Of a DNA stretch of 58,684 nucleotides, positions 38,754 through 45,910 are shown in pieces; position 1 is the first letter of the stretch, and every line of letters begins with the position of its first letter. The stretch comes from a virus (lineage: Duplodnaviria > Caudoviricetes). Under the pieces are notes generated by a model. The model saw only the letters and a list, made by a program, of their open reading frames with translations, did no database searches and was not told the origin of the DNA. The translations under genes were made by a program, and so were the position numbers. The stretch is from the IMG/VR virus record IMGVR_UViG_3300046804_001439, positions 1 to 58,684 of that record; one strand, given 5' to 3'.

Positions 38754-39176
38754 ATGAGTAGAGGAAAAGCGATAAATGTAAAAATCGCAACTACTAAGGT
38801 AATCAAGGCACTAGAAACTCGCCTTGCGAAACTAAATAAGGATTGGGAAAGCCAATCTGAAAATGAAGCAAAGCACCAAAAGGCTATTGAGAAGTGGCGT
38901 AAGGAAGTCGGTAAGTTTGCTATTGCTAACATAGCAAAAGCAGAAAACTTCCACACAAACTATCGCTCTTGGAACAAAACCCTAAATGTGGATTTTGACC
39001 TAACTTGTGCTGAGGGAGATTTCCCTGCTGAACCACAGCGAGATTTTGAGCAACTTCATCAGCATACTTACAATGAGATGAAAGAGGAAATGGAAAACGC
39101 AATCCGTATTCTCAAAATGACCGACGAGGAAGTAGTTTCTACTTCTACTTACAACGCTATCGCAAGATACTTGTAA
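38754..39176 (+). CDS. early hypothetical protein
   Basis: MSRGKAINVKIAT...; extended RBS. Confidence 0.7.
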   Translation: MSRGKAINVKIATTKVIKALETRLAKLNKDWESQSENEAKHQKAIEKWRKEVGKFAIANIAKAENFHTNYRSWNKTLNVDFDLTCAEGDFPAEPQRDFEQLHQHTYNEMKEEMENAIRILKMTDEEVVSTSTYNAIARYL

Positions 39177-39244
39177 TAATGGCAGGGGGCTAGACAAAAT
39201 CTAGCCCCCAATGCTATAATCTTTATCCCTACTAACAGAAAGAA

Positions 39245-39493
39245 ATGAAAATGAAAAATCGTTTTCGTGTAGAAATCTATGATGAGGACAAGAACAATGA
39301 CCTCACAATTTATTCAGAGCAAGGCGTAGATAAAGAGTATCTAACTGAATTAGTTTTTTCTAATCTCCGCCGCTTCTCTGGAAATATTCGTGCTTATGTT
39401 TATGACCAACTAAAGAAAAAGAAAACAACAGCACTTTATTTACCAATGGAAGTTTTGCCAAAGAAAACTGAACTAACTAAACTGCTGGGCTAA
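39245..39493 (+). CDS. early hypothetical protein
   Basis: 82 aa; upstream TAGACA-N18-TATAAT. Confidence 0.65.
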   Translation: MKMKNRFRVEIYDEDKNNDLTIYSEQGVDKEYLTELVFSNLRRFSGNIRAYVYDQLKKKKTTALYLPMEVLPKKTELTKLLG

Positions 39494-39736
39494 TGATCTT
39501 GGGGCGGGTTTGGAAATAGTGTAATCAGAGCTCTTCCCGCCCCATCTTCCCATCTCAAATAATAAGACGCCCCCACAGCTGCGGGGTTATCCACAGCCTT
39601 ACGGCAACCTGTGGAAAACTCCCAAATTTTTGTGATATTGATCACCTGGACAATTCGGACATAATGAAACTAACTATTTACAATGTCGGTGGGGTCTGCT
39701 ATAATTTGGATTCAAATAAACCTAGAAAGGAAAATC

Positions 39737-40744
39737 ATGGCTCATAACCTTGAAACAAATGGCAACGAAGTTGCCTTTGCTTTGCGTGGAACTCCCGCTT
39801 GGCACAATCTCGCTAACCGAATCTTTAATCAAGATGAAACTGTTAGCACACAACTAATGCTCGATGAAGCAAAACTATCTAATTGGAATGTTTCGCTTTC
39901 TCCTGTTGCTGACCATATTCCCGCAGAATGGAATGATTCAAGCGGTGCTCAATATGTAACTAGAACTAATCCGTTTAATGGCGGAACTGATGTTCTCTCT
40001 GTTGTTGGCTCACGCTATAAAGTGGTTCAGAATGAAGAATTATTTTCATTCGCTGATAATATCCTAGACGGAGATTCTCGCTGTGCTTGGGAATCTGCTG
40101 GTTCTCTAAAGAATGGAAAAGTTGTTTTCGGTTCTTTAACTGTTCCCCGTGAAATGGTGTTAGACCCACAAGGTGCTAACGATAAAACCAAATTGTATTT
40201 AATTGTTTGGACTTCTCACGACGGGTCTGTTGCTGTTCAGGCAGCAATTACTCCTGTGCGTGTAGTTTGCCAAAATACTCTTAATCTTGCTATGCGTAAT
40301 GCTAAGCAATCTTTCAAGATTCGCCACACGCAGACCGCTGAGGGTAAGATTCAAATTGCTCGTGAAACTCTTGGGCTTGCTCTTGGATACTTTGATGAAT
40401 TCGAGAAAGAAGCGCAGGAACTCTTCAAGCAGGAAATTACTGATAAGCAATTCTCTGACCTTATCAAAACAATTTATCCTAAGCCTGAAGATAAATCTAA
40501 ATTGGCTCTTACTAAGTGGGAAAATAAAGTTGTTTTAATTGACGACCTTTATTTTAATTCACCTACTAACGCTAATATCAAAGGCACAAAGTGGGGTGCG
40601 TTTAATGCGCTTACTGAACGCCTTGATTATTTCCGTTCAACTCGTAAGAATAATTCAGAATCTAAGTGGGCTTCTGCTTCAGGTTTTGACCCAATTATTA
40701 CCGCCGAGAAAAATAAAATTCTCAAGTTGGTAAAATCATTCTAA
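39737..40744 (+). CDS. DUF932-family phage/plasmid protein
   Basis: MAH...PAWH, YKVVQNEELF, ESAGSL, SHDGS, TPVRVVCQNTL, IRHT motifs. Confidence 0.85.
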   Translation: MAHNLETNGNEVAFALRGTPAWHNLANRIFNQDETVSTQLMLDEAKLSNWNVSLSPVADHIPAEWNDSSGAQYVTRTNPFNGGTDVLSVVGSRYKVVQNEELFSFADNILDGDSRCAWESAGSLKNGKVVFGSLTVPREMVLDPQGANDKTKLYLIVWTSHDGSVAVQAAITPVRVVCQNTLNLAMRNAKQSFKIRHTQTAEGKIQIARETLGLALGYFDEFEKEAQELFKQEITDKQFSDLIKTIYPKPEDKSKLALTKWENKVVLIDDLYFNSPTNANIKGTKWGAFNALTERLDYFRSTRKNNSESKWASASGFDPIITAEKNKILKLVKSF

Positions 40745-40760
40745 GTAAATAACTTAGAAA

Positions 40761-40788
40761 AAATCCTGAGCAAGATTTAAAACTGCTC
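40761..40788 (+). ncRNA. compact H-type pseudoknot, copy 2
   Basis: P1 AAATC/GATTT, loop CTGAGCAA, P2 GAGCA/TGCTC; compensatory changes versus copy 1. Confidence 0.6.
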
Positions 40789-40795
40789 ACCATTT

Positions 40796-40871
40796 GGTTC
40801 CGTAGAATAGTTTGGTTTAATTCGCTACCCTGTCACGGTAGAGATCACGGGTTCAAATCCCGTCGGAATCG
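40796..40871 (+). tRNA. tRNA-Asp(GUC)
   Basis: GGTTCCG/CGGAATC acceptor, CTACC/GGTAG anticodon stem with loop CTGTCAC, T-loop TTCAAAT. Confidence 0.9.
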
Positions 40872-41002
40872 CAAGCTGAGATTTAAATATCAATATGTGA
40901 GACGCCCCCAGACTTAAAGGCCGATTTTTTGTGTTACGAATCACAAAAATAATCCCTGGAAAAGCTGGACAAATGTCAGTGGGGCCCTGTATAATTCTCG
41001 GC

Positions 41003-41659
41003 ATGACAGAAACCTGGACTAAAAATACATATGCATGCGACCCTGATGAATGTGATACTTTGATCGAAATTACAACATCAGATAAATTTGGATTCCCATC
41101 TGGGAGTGTGAATAATGTCACATGTCCATGTGGACGTAGACCCAATCTTTTGTCAGTGGAGCCTGCTACAATTGCACCAACAATCGAAAGGAATGAAATG
41201 GAAACAACAAGCACAATGCCTGATACGTATAATCCTAATCTTCTTGTTACATACAAGTCGATTAATGATAACTATGAGGCAACATATCCAAGTATAAAGG
41301 TTGTGGACCTAGAGGGAAAACTAGATTCCTTGGTCCGCCTTGAAAAGCAACTAATGAAGAGCAATGGTCAAATTGGTCAGATTATTGATAATCTAACTGT
41401 TGAGGGTTGGTATAATCCAAACACAGATAAAGAAGATATTCTGCGTGACCTTTGCGAAATTCTCGAACACGAGGCTAAGCAAGATATTACAATTACTGCA
41501 ACTGTGCAGGTAGAAGTTACCTATGCATGTCCATTAGACGAGGTCGAAGACTTCGATGCTAAATACTTCTTGCAAGATAACTTAACTGTAGATTCATGGC
41601 ACGGAGACGTTGTTATCGAATCATTCGATGTTGAAGACGCAGATGTGAGTTGGTCCTAA
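41003..41659 (+). CDS. early protein with N-terminal Cys module and in-frame internal start (41198)
   Basis: ATG 41003 is 7 nt after -10; internal promoter and RBS precede in-frame ATG 41198. Confidence 0.65.
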   Translation: MTETWTKNTYACDPDECDTLIEITTSDKFGFPSGSVNNVTCPCGRRPNLLSVEPATIAPTIERNEMETTSTMPDTYNPNLLVTYKSINDNYEATYPSIKVVDLEGKLDSLVRLEKQLMKSNGQIGQIIDNLTVEGWYNPNTDKEDILRDLCEILEHEAKQDITITATVQVEVTYACPLDEVEDFDAKYFLQDNLTVDSWHGDVVIESFDVEDADVSWS

Positions 41660-41871
41660 TGTATTTTGAGTTGACTGCTCCAAACCAGGTGGCCCTGCAA
41701 AGGGCCTACTGGTCTGCAGAAATGATGGGACTAGACCCTCAATTAATTGCACCATTGACATTCAATATTGGAACTGGTAGTATTGAGAAAGTAAGTTCAA
41801 TCAGAGATACATATAATCTAAAAGAAACTTATGTATCAGACTACGAGCCAACAGGATATACAAGGAGATAG
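41659..41871 (+). CDS. early hypothetical protein
   Basis: MYFELTAP...; TAATG coupling. Confidence 0.6.
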   Translation: MYFELTAPNQVALQRAYWSAEMMGLDPQLIAPLTFNIGTGSIEKVSSIRDTYNLKETYVSDYEPTGYTRR

Positions 41872-41873
41872 AA

Positions 41874-42029
41874 ATGGATTACCAAGACGGTTTTGAAGAC
41901 GGTGTTAAATTTGCTCGTGAGGTTATTGTTGCCAATATTAGACAGTGGGCGGAATCATCTGACGATGGACAAATTTATGATGATATCGCTGACAGAATTG
42001 AATTTGGTACAGTAGACTATGACCTCTGA
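41874..42029 (+). CDS. 51-aa acidic peptide
   Basis: MDYQDGFEDG...; RBS AAGGAG. Confidence 0.6.
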   Translation: MDYQDGFEDGVKFAREVIVANIRQWAESSDDGQIYDDIADRIEFGTVDYDL

Positions 42030-42228
42030 GGATCTAAATAAATGGATTGGGTGTGACCAATGTGGTTCCGCCCAAGCTATGTATCTAATTAAATTAATGG
42101 ACGGGGAATTAGCATTCTGTGGCCATCATTTTAATAAAAACAAAGAGGCCCTTGACAAGGTAGCCTATGAAATTATACAATTGAATAAGACAGAAGAAGT
42201 ACCACAAATAGAAAAGGAAGAGGTATAA
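42019..42228 (+). CDS. actinobacterial-type small Zn protein (DUF7455-like)
   Basis: CDQCGSAQA...GELAFCGHH resembles the actinobacterial CDRCGAQA...GELLFCxHH family. Confidence 0.6.
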   Translation: MTSEDLNKWIGCDQCGSAQAMYLIKLMDGELAFCGHHFNKNKEALDKVAYEIIQLNKTEEVPQIEKEEV

Positions 42229-42231
42229 ACG

Positions 42232-42639
42232 GTGGGAGATAGAGCAAATTTCGGATTCGTACAACCGAACGGTAACACAATAGTACTATATGGGCACTGG
42301 GCAGGATATCAGATGTTAGGCAAACTAGCGGACGCCGTCATCGCTGCTCGTCCTCGTTGGAATGACCCAGCATATGCTACACGTATTGCAATTAGCCAAA
42401 TCATTGGCAACGATTGGAATGCGGAGACTGGCTTCGGACTACATGTCAATGAAATCTCAGACAATGAGCACAAGATTGCTATTATTGATTGGGACCAACA
42501 GATATTTAGTCTTCATGAACAGGATGAATTCCGTAACACGGATAACAAGGTCCGTGGCATGAAGAACGAAGCACTTTTCACAATGGACCTTTCGGCATTC
42601 TGTGAGAAGTATGCACTCGAAGGAATGCTAGTCAACTAA
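42232..42639 (+). CDS. conserved actinophage early protein
   Basis: MGDRAN...LYGHWAG...RWNDPAYATRI. Confidence 0.7.
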   Translation: MGDRANFGFVQPNGNTIVLYGHWAGYQMLGKLADAVIAARPRWNDPAYATRIAISQIIGNDWNAETGFGLHVNEISDNEHKIAIIDWDQQIFSLHEQDEFRNTDNKVRGMKNEALFTMDLSAFCEKYALEGMLVN

Positions 42640-42656
42640 TATGCTATAATAGGACT

Positions 42657-42811
42657 AGGTCTTTGTGGCCTGTTCGTTGAATAGTAAGGTGCGGCTATTA
42701 GGCTTCCGCCAAGTCGCTAAGTAATGCAGCTTTTACTTAAATTCCTTTCGTTTTGCTAGCAGCCTTACTTGTTTTAAATCCCCCAGTAGCTTTCCTGGGG
42801 GATTTTTCTTT
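42657..42811 (+). ncRNA. candidate ~155-nt structured sRNA (sRNA-A) antisense to early RBS
   Basis: TGCTATAAT at 42642..42650; 5' hairpin; long stem 42683-42692/42759-42769 enclosing two hairpins and unpaired AATTCCTTTCGTTTT; strong terminator; no credible ORF. Confidence 0.75.
42776..42811 (+). terminator. intrinsic terminator of sRNA-A
   Basis: AAATCCCCCAG/CTGGGGGATTT stem then TTCTTT. Confidence 0.8.
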
Positions 42812-42982
42812 GCCCTCAGCTGGTGAGGGTAACATATCTCTTTTACGGTTGTCAACTATTTTCCCTGAAAATTTCACAATATGAGATCGAGCTCGATCAA
42901 TGTGGTGGGCATCACAGGGATATATTATAGACAAATGTCAGTGGTCGGATATATAATAGGAACCTAAGCGAAAGGAAACAAT

Positions 42983-43759
42983 ATGCCAAATTGGGTATAT
43001 AACACAGTAACAATTCAAGGTCCAAAAGAGGAAATTGATTATATCAAGGATAGATTGAATCGTCCATTTACTTTAGCACAAGAGACATATGGTATGGGTG
43101 ATATTAGTCTTTCAGGATTCCCCACCAAAATTAAGCAGGTTGAATATAACAATCCTGTATTTGCATTCCATAATATCTATTCCTATAAAGATGCTGGAAT
43201 TACTGATGAAGAGTATGCACGTCAACCTGACCGTGGCAATATAGACATGAAGAATGACCCTGATTGGTTCCGCAAGTCTGTTGAATTTGCTAAGACCCAA
43301 AAGGATTGGTATTCATGGAATAATTCCAACTGGGGAACTAAATGGGATGTTGCTGTTCGTGATGATGATGAATATCCTGAAACAGAACTAATTGAATATA
43401 AGTCAGAGGGTGACGATAATTGGCTAGTATATAAATATAATACTGCTTGGTCTCCTGCTGTAACTATCTTAGAAAAACTATCTCATCTTGTTCCGAACTC
43501 TCTTATTACATTAGAATACGAAGAAGAACAGGGTTGGGGTGGAGAGATAGAAATAGTTAGAGGTAAAGTAACAGAACTCTATGACTATGATTCTAAATGC
43601 TATGCATGTGATTCTCTAGATACATTAGATTATTGCGATAATGACTGTGGTCAATTTTGCTCTAATTGTAATCAAGGTTCTTGGCAGGATGAAGAGGCTA
43701 TGGCAAAATGTCAGACCCACATGGTATTATTGGAAACTACAGAAAAGGCGGAAGCATAA
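42983..43759 (+). CDS. YubB/DUF1281-like ferredoxin-fold protein
   Basis: MPNW, WYSWNNSNWGTKWD, TAWSP motifs. Confidence 0.75.
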   Translation: MPNWVYNTVTIQGPKEEIDYIKDRLNRPFTLAQETYGMGDISLSGFPTKIKQVEYNNPVFAFHNIYSYKDAGITDEEYARQPDRGNIDMKNDPDWFRKSVEFAKTQKDWYSWNNSNWGTKWDVAVRDDDEYPETELIEYKSEGDDNWLVYKYNTAWSPAVTILEKLSHLVPNSLITLEYEEEQGWGGEIEIVRGKVTELYDYDSKCYACDSLDTLDYCDNDCGQFCSNCNQGSWQDEEAMAKCQTHMVLLETTEKAEA

Positions 43760-44019
43760 TGGCAGATAGACTAGAACTAAATGACCGTGGTTCATTTTTA
43801 GATGATGAAAATGAAATGGTTATTGGAGCAATTATTCAGGAGATATCTGAACAATTGTTTGAAGATTGGAATAACTCTAATTTAGATGAGGGCACATTCT
43901 ATGCAGATTGGAAGATTGCTGAATTGTCTAATGATAATTATCTAAAAGGTAGATTTAATCAGTTTTATGATTTGACACCTGATGATGATGAATATCTAGA
44001 ATGGGATGAGGAGAAATAA
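43759..44019 (+). CDS. very acidic early protein
   Basis: MADRLELNDRGSFLDDENE...; atypical RBS AAGGCGG; TAATG coupling. Confidence 0.65.
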   Translation: MADRLELNDRGSFLDDENEMVIGAIIQEISEQLFEDWNNSNLDEGTFYADWKIAELSNDNYLKGRFNQFYDLTPDDDEYLEWDEEK

Positions 44020-44171
44020 TGTTAGGATATGACTTAGAGGATTTAAATATAATGATGGATACATTAGGGGATACTCTGACTTCCGCCAAATTAACTAAAC
44101 AGCAACAAGGTGGATTATTAACTACTCTAACATTCTTACAAGGTCTATGGGCAGAGGGGTATTTTGAATAA
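44019..44171 (+). CDS. 50-aa peptide (MLGY...GLWAEG)
   Basis: RBS GAGGAG; TAATG coupling on both sides. Confidence 0.6.
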   Translation: MLGYDLEDLNIMMDTLGDTLTSAKLTKQQQGGLLTTLTFLQGLWAEGYFE

Positions 44172-44494
44172 TGGGACTATATGACGAATCCTGGTGTGTA
44201 GACTGTGGTAAATCACAGCCATATTCACCTGATGATGTAGTATGTGGTTCATGTACATCTGAGGCATATGAATCCCGTTCTAATCATTTAATTGAATATA
44301 TAAAGCTTCATTTAATTAGTCTTGAACAAGACATTGAGAAGTTATCTGATGAAATGGAAAAGGTAGATATGAACTCTAAGGCCTTTAATGATATGGACTT
44401 TGAATATAATAATCTATCAGGGCAGTCTATTGCTACCCGCCATTTATTGTCAGTGGCTAGTGATATACTGGGCATTCAAACAGAGGAGAAATAA
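44171..44494 (+). CDS. Zn-finger/coiled-coil early protein
   Basis: CVDC...CGSC then heptads. Confidence 0.65.
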   Translation: MGLYDESWCVDCGKSQPYSPDDVVCGSCTSEAYESRSNHLIEYIKLHLISLEQDIEKLSDEMEKVDMNSKAFNDMDFEYNNLSGQSIATRHLLSVASDILGIQTEEK

Positions 44495-44787
44495 TGCAAG
44501 AACCAGGAATGTTTACAGAGAAACTGGACCCACACCTACAACGTTTAGTAGACGCTGGAGTTAACGGGCTCGATATCATGCATGGGCATTTGAAGATTCT
44601 CATGCTGGAGGCTGAGGCACAGTATGAAGAAGCACAGCGTATTGAGGAGGAAGACGACTACTCAGACGCAATGCAGTCCATGGAGCGGAAGTACTGGGAG
44701 GGCCAGTGTGACGCTCTAGCACATCTATACAAGTTAACATATGACTTATCATTTGCAATTGCTGATATGAAACGGGAGGAAGAGTAA
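44494..44787 (+). CDS. acidic early protein
   Basis: RBS GAGGAG; YWEGQCDAL. Confidence 0.65.
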   Translation: MQEPGMFTEKLDPHLQRLVDAGVNGLDIMHGHLKILMLEAEAQYEEAQRIEEEDDYSDAMQSMERKYWEGQCDALAHLYKLTYDLSFAIADMKREEE

Positions 44788-45098
44788 TGAAGCCTGGAGA
44801 TAAAGATAAATTAAACCAATGCCTGGATATTCTGGATACTACGGACCTAGGGCTCTCATTGGTCTGGCTGTGGACATGGTCCACGATCAAAAACTTTATG
44901 GCTGATGAAACATTCATCATGAAGAAGACAGAGGATGAGATGTGGGACTGTCTCTGTGAGGCTGTAGACGCAGGCCACGGGTTCTCTCTGGAATACGGGG
45001 CGGAACAACATCATGAGGACGTAATGGAGTGGATGTTGAATCGTGATTACATGGTCGACTCTATGTTTGAACAAGACGAAGAGGAAGACGATGACTAA
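44787..45098 (+). CDS. acidic early protein
   Basis: RBS GGAGG; FSLEYG. Confidence 0.65.
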   Translation: MKPGDKDKLNQCLDILDTTDLGLSLVWLWTWSTIKNFMADETFIMKKTEDEMWDCLCEAVDAGHGFSLEYGAEQHHEDVMEWMLNRDYMVDSMFEQDEEEDDD

Positions 45099-45219
45099 TC
45101 AAGACATAATTAATTTTAAATTAGAATTAGCCCGTGCATGGATTAATAACGGGCAGCACGATTTGGCTAAAGAACTAGTTAGATCTATTATCGAGAGGGA
45201 CGGGGGACAAAATGAGTAA
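45091..45219 (+). CDS. 42-aa peptide
   Basis: MTNQDIINFKLELARAWINNG...; fills gap, RBS GAGGA. Confidence 0.5.
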   Translation: MTNQDIINFKLELARAWINNGQHDLAKELVRSIIERDGGQNE

Positions 45220-45445
45220 TTACGCACCAAGCTTAGAAATCCTGGAAATTGCATATGAAGTATCACCAGGAGGAGAAAGGACATTTGAAGTCTATGATAA
45301 AGATGAATCTGATCCAGTATCTATCCCAATATATGAGACAACATCCTTGACAGATGCTTGTGAATTCTGTTACAATCTCGGTAAGGATTTTATTGTACGT
45401 ACATATGCAGAGTGGGAAATGAGGGAATTACTTGCAGACATTTAG
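45212..45445 (+). CDS. acidic early protein
   Basis: 77 aa ORF. Confidence 0.6.
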   Translation: MSNYAPSLEILEIAYEVSPGGERTFEVYDKDESDPVSIPIYETTSLTDACEFCYNLGKDFIVRTYAEWEMRELLADI

Positions 45446-45671
45446 AGTAATTGGAAGAAGAATGTCCGATTATGCTGCCACCGTAGAAGCAGCAAATGCG
45501 GACCAGGCATATGACATTGCTGCAGATTTAGAGACCCACAAGTGGTCTCAATTGGAAACAGATGATGTGATCGAACCAATTGAGGTGGAGCTCATAGACA
45601 TACAACTAAATAAAGATATAGAAGATGAATGGCCATCAATGGAATCTGGGATTGTAATTGAGGGCAAATAA
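45432..45671 (+). CDS. acidic early protein
   Basis: 79 aa, VEAANADQA motif, TTG start. Confidence 0.55.
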   Translation: MQTFRVIGRRMSDYAATVEAANADQAYDIAADLETHKWSQLETDDVIEPIEVELIDIQLNKDIEDEWPSMESGIVIEGK

Positions 45672-45751
45672 TTTATCTTACGGGGGTATTTACAAATTCG
45701 TGAATATCCGATATAATAAATAAAACACCTATCATAGAAAGGATAGACATA

Positions 45752-45898
45752 ATGACAACAAAGCGAGAATATCTAGCATCAAAGGGAATTACTGTTGGCC
45801 GCCGTGGCCGCTTCTCAGGTGCAGCAAAGCAAGCTTTGGCAGAGGCGGAAAAGAATGGGATCAAGTTCACCGCTGAAGTCAAGACCCCAAAGAAGTAA
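45752..45898 (+). CDS. stand-alone Lsr2-like DNA-binding domain (48 aa)
   Basis: KREYLASKGITVGRRGRFS resembles Lsr2 C-terminal REW-x3-G-x2-V-x2-RGR; own promoter TTTACA-N18-TATAAT, RBS GAAAGGA, terminator. Confidence 0.6.
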   Translation: MTTKREYLASKGITVGRRGRFSGAAKQALAEAEKNGIKFTAEVKTPKK

Positions 45899-45910
45899 AT
45901 AAATAATTCT

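Larger units (their letters stand above)
33227..39618. promoter_or_regulatory. three clusters of DnaA boxes
   Basis: TTATCCACA 33227, 33280, 39587; TGTGGATAA 37460; one-mismatch boxes 33239, 33250, 37436, 39610. Confidence 0.75.
31900..42916. promoter_or_regulatory. 13 CRP/GlxR-like palindromes (TGTGA-N6-TCACA)
   Basis: Perfect at 32584, 34103, 34320, 35791, 37479, 38425, 41107; 1-2 mismatches at 31900, 33151, 33287, 39631, 40930, 42901. Confidence 0.75.
34651..42977 (+). promoter_or_regulatory. shared extended RBS (AACGAAAGGAA) of early genes
   Basis: At 34651, 35856, 36403, 37561, 37867, 38489, 38739, 41185, 42966 (some with small variations), each a few nt before an ATG. Confidence 0.85.
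31964..44469 (+). promoter_or_regulatory. 18 copies of an early promoter class: TGTCRG(TGG) exactly 16 nt before TANNNT
   Basis: Box starts 31964, 32628, 33341, 34364, 34620, 34865, 35825, 36373, 37527, 37831, 38459, 38698, 39684, 40974, 41151, 42936, 43709, 44448; each has a -10 hexamer at +16, many with TGn extension. Confidence 0.9.

Noticed and set aside
39500-39544. GGGGCGGG/CCCGCCCC stem with ~27-nt loop as a separate ncRNA
   Set aside because: Single copy, no own promoter and no covariation evidence; may just be a 3' stabilising hairpin
38663-40788. Calling the pseudoknots preQ1 riboswitches
   Set aside because: Loop lacks the preQ1-I consensus and no queuosine genes follow; kept as an unclassified motif
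40825-41256. 143-aa minus-strand ORF
   Set aside because: Overlaps tRNA-Asp and an early promoter cassette in antisense
42737-42934. 65-aa minus-strand ORF over sRNA-A, and 11-codon plus ORF at 42724
   Set aside because: No RBS; the minus ORF crosses a terminator and regulatory cassette against the direction of the module
45673-45882. 69-aa minus-strand ORF
   Set aside because: Antisense to the better-supported Lsr2-like gene that has promoter, RBS and terminator
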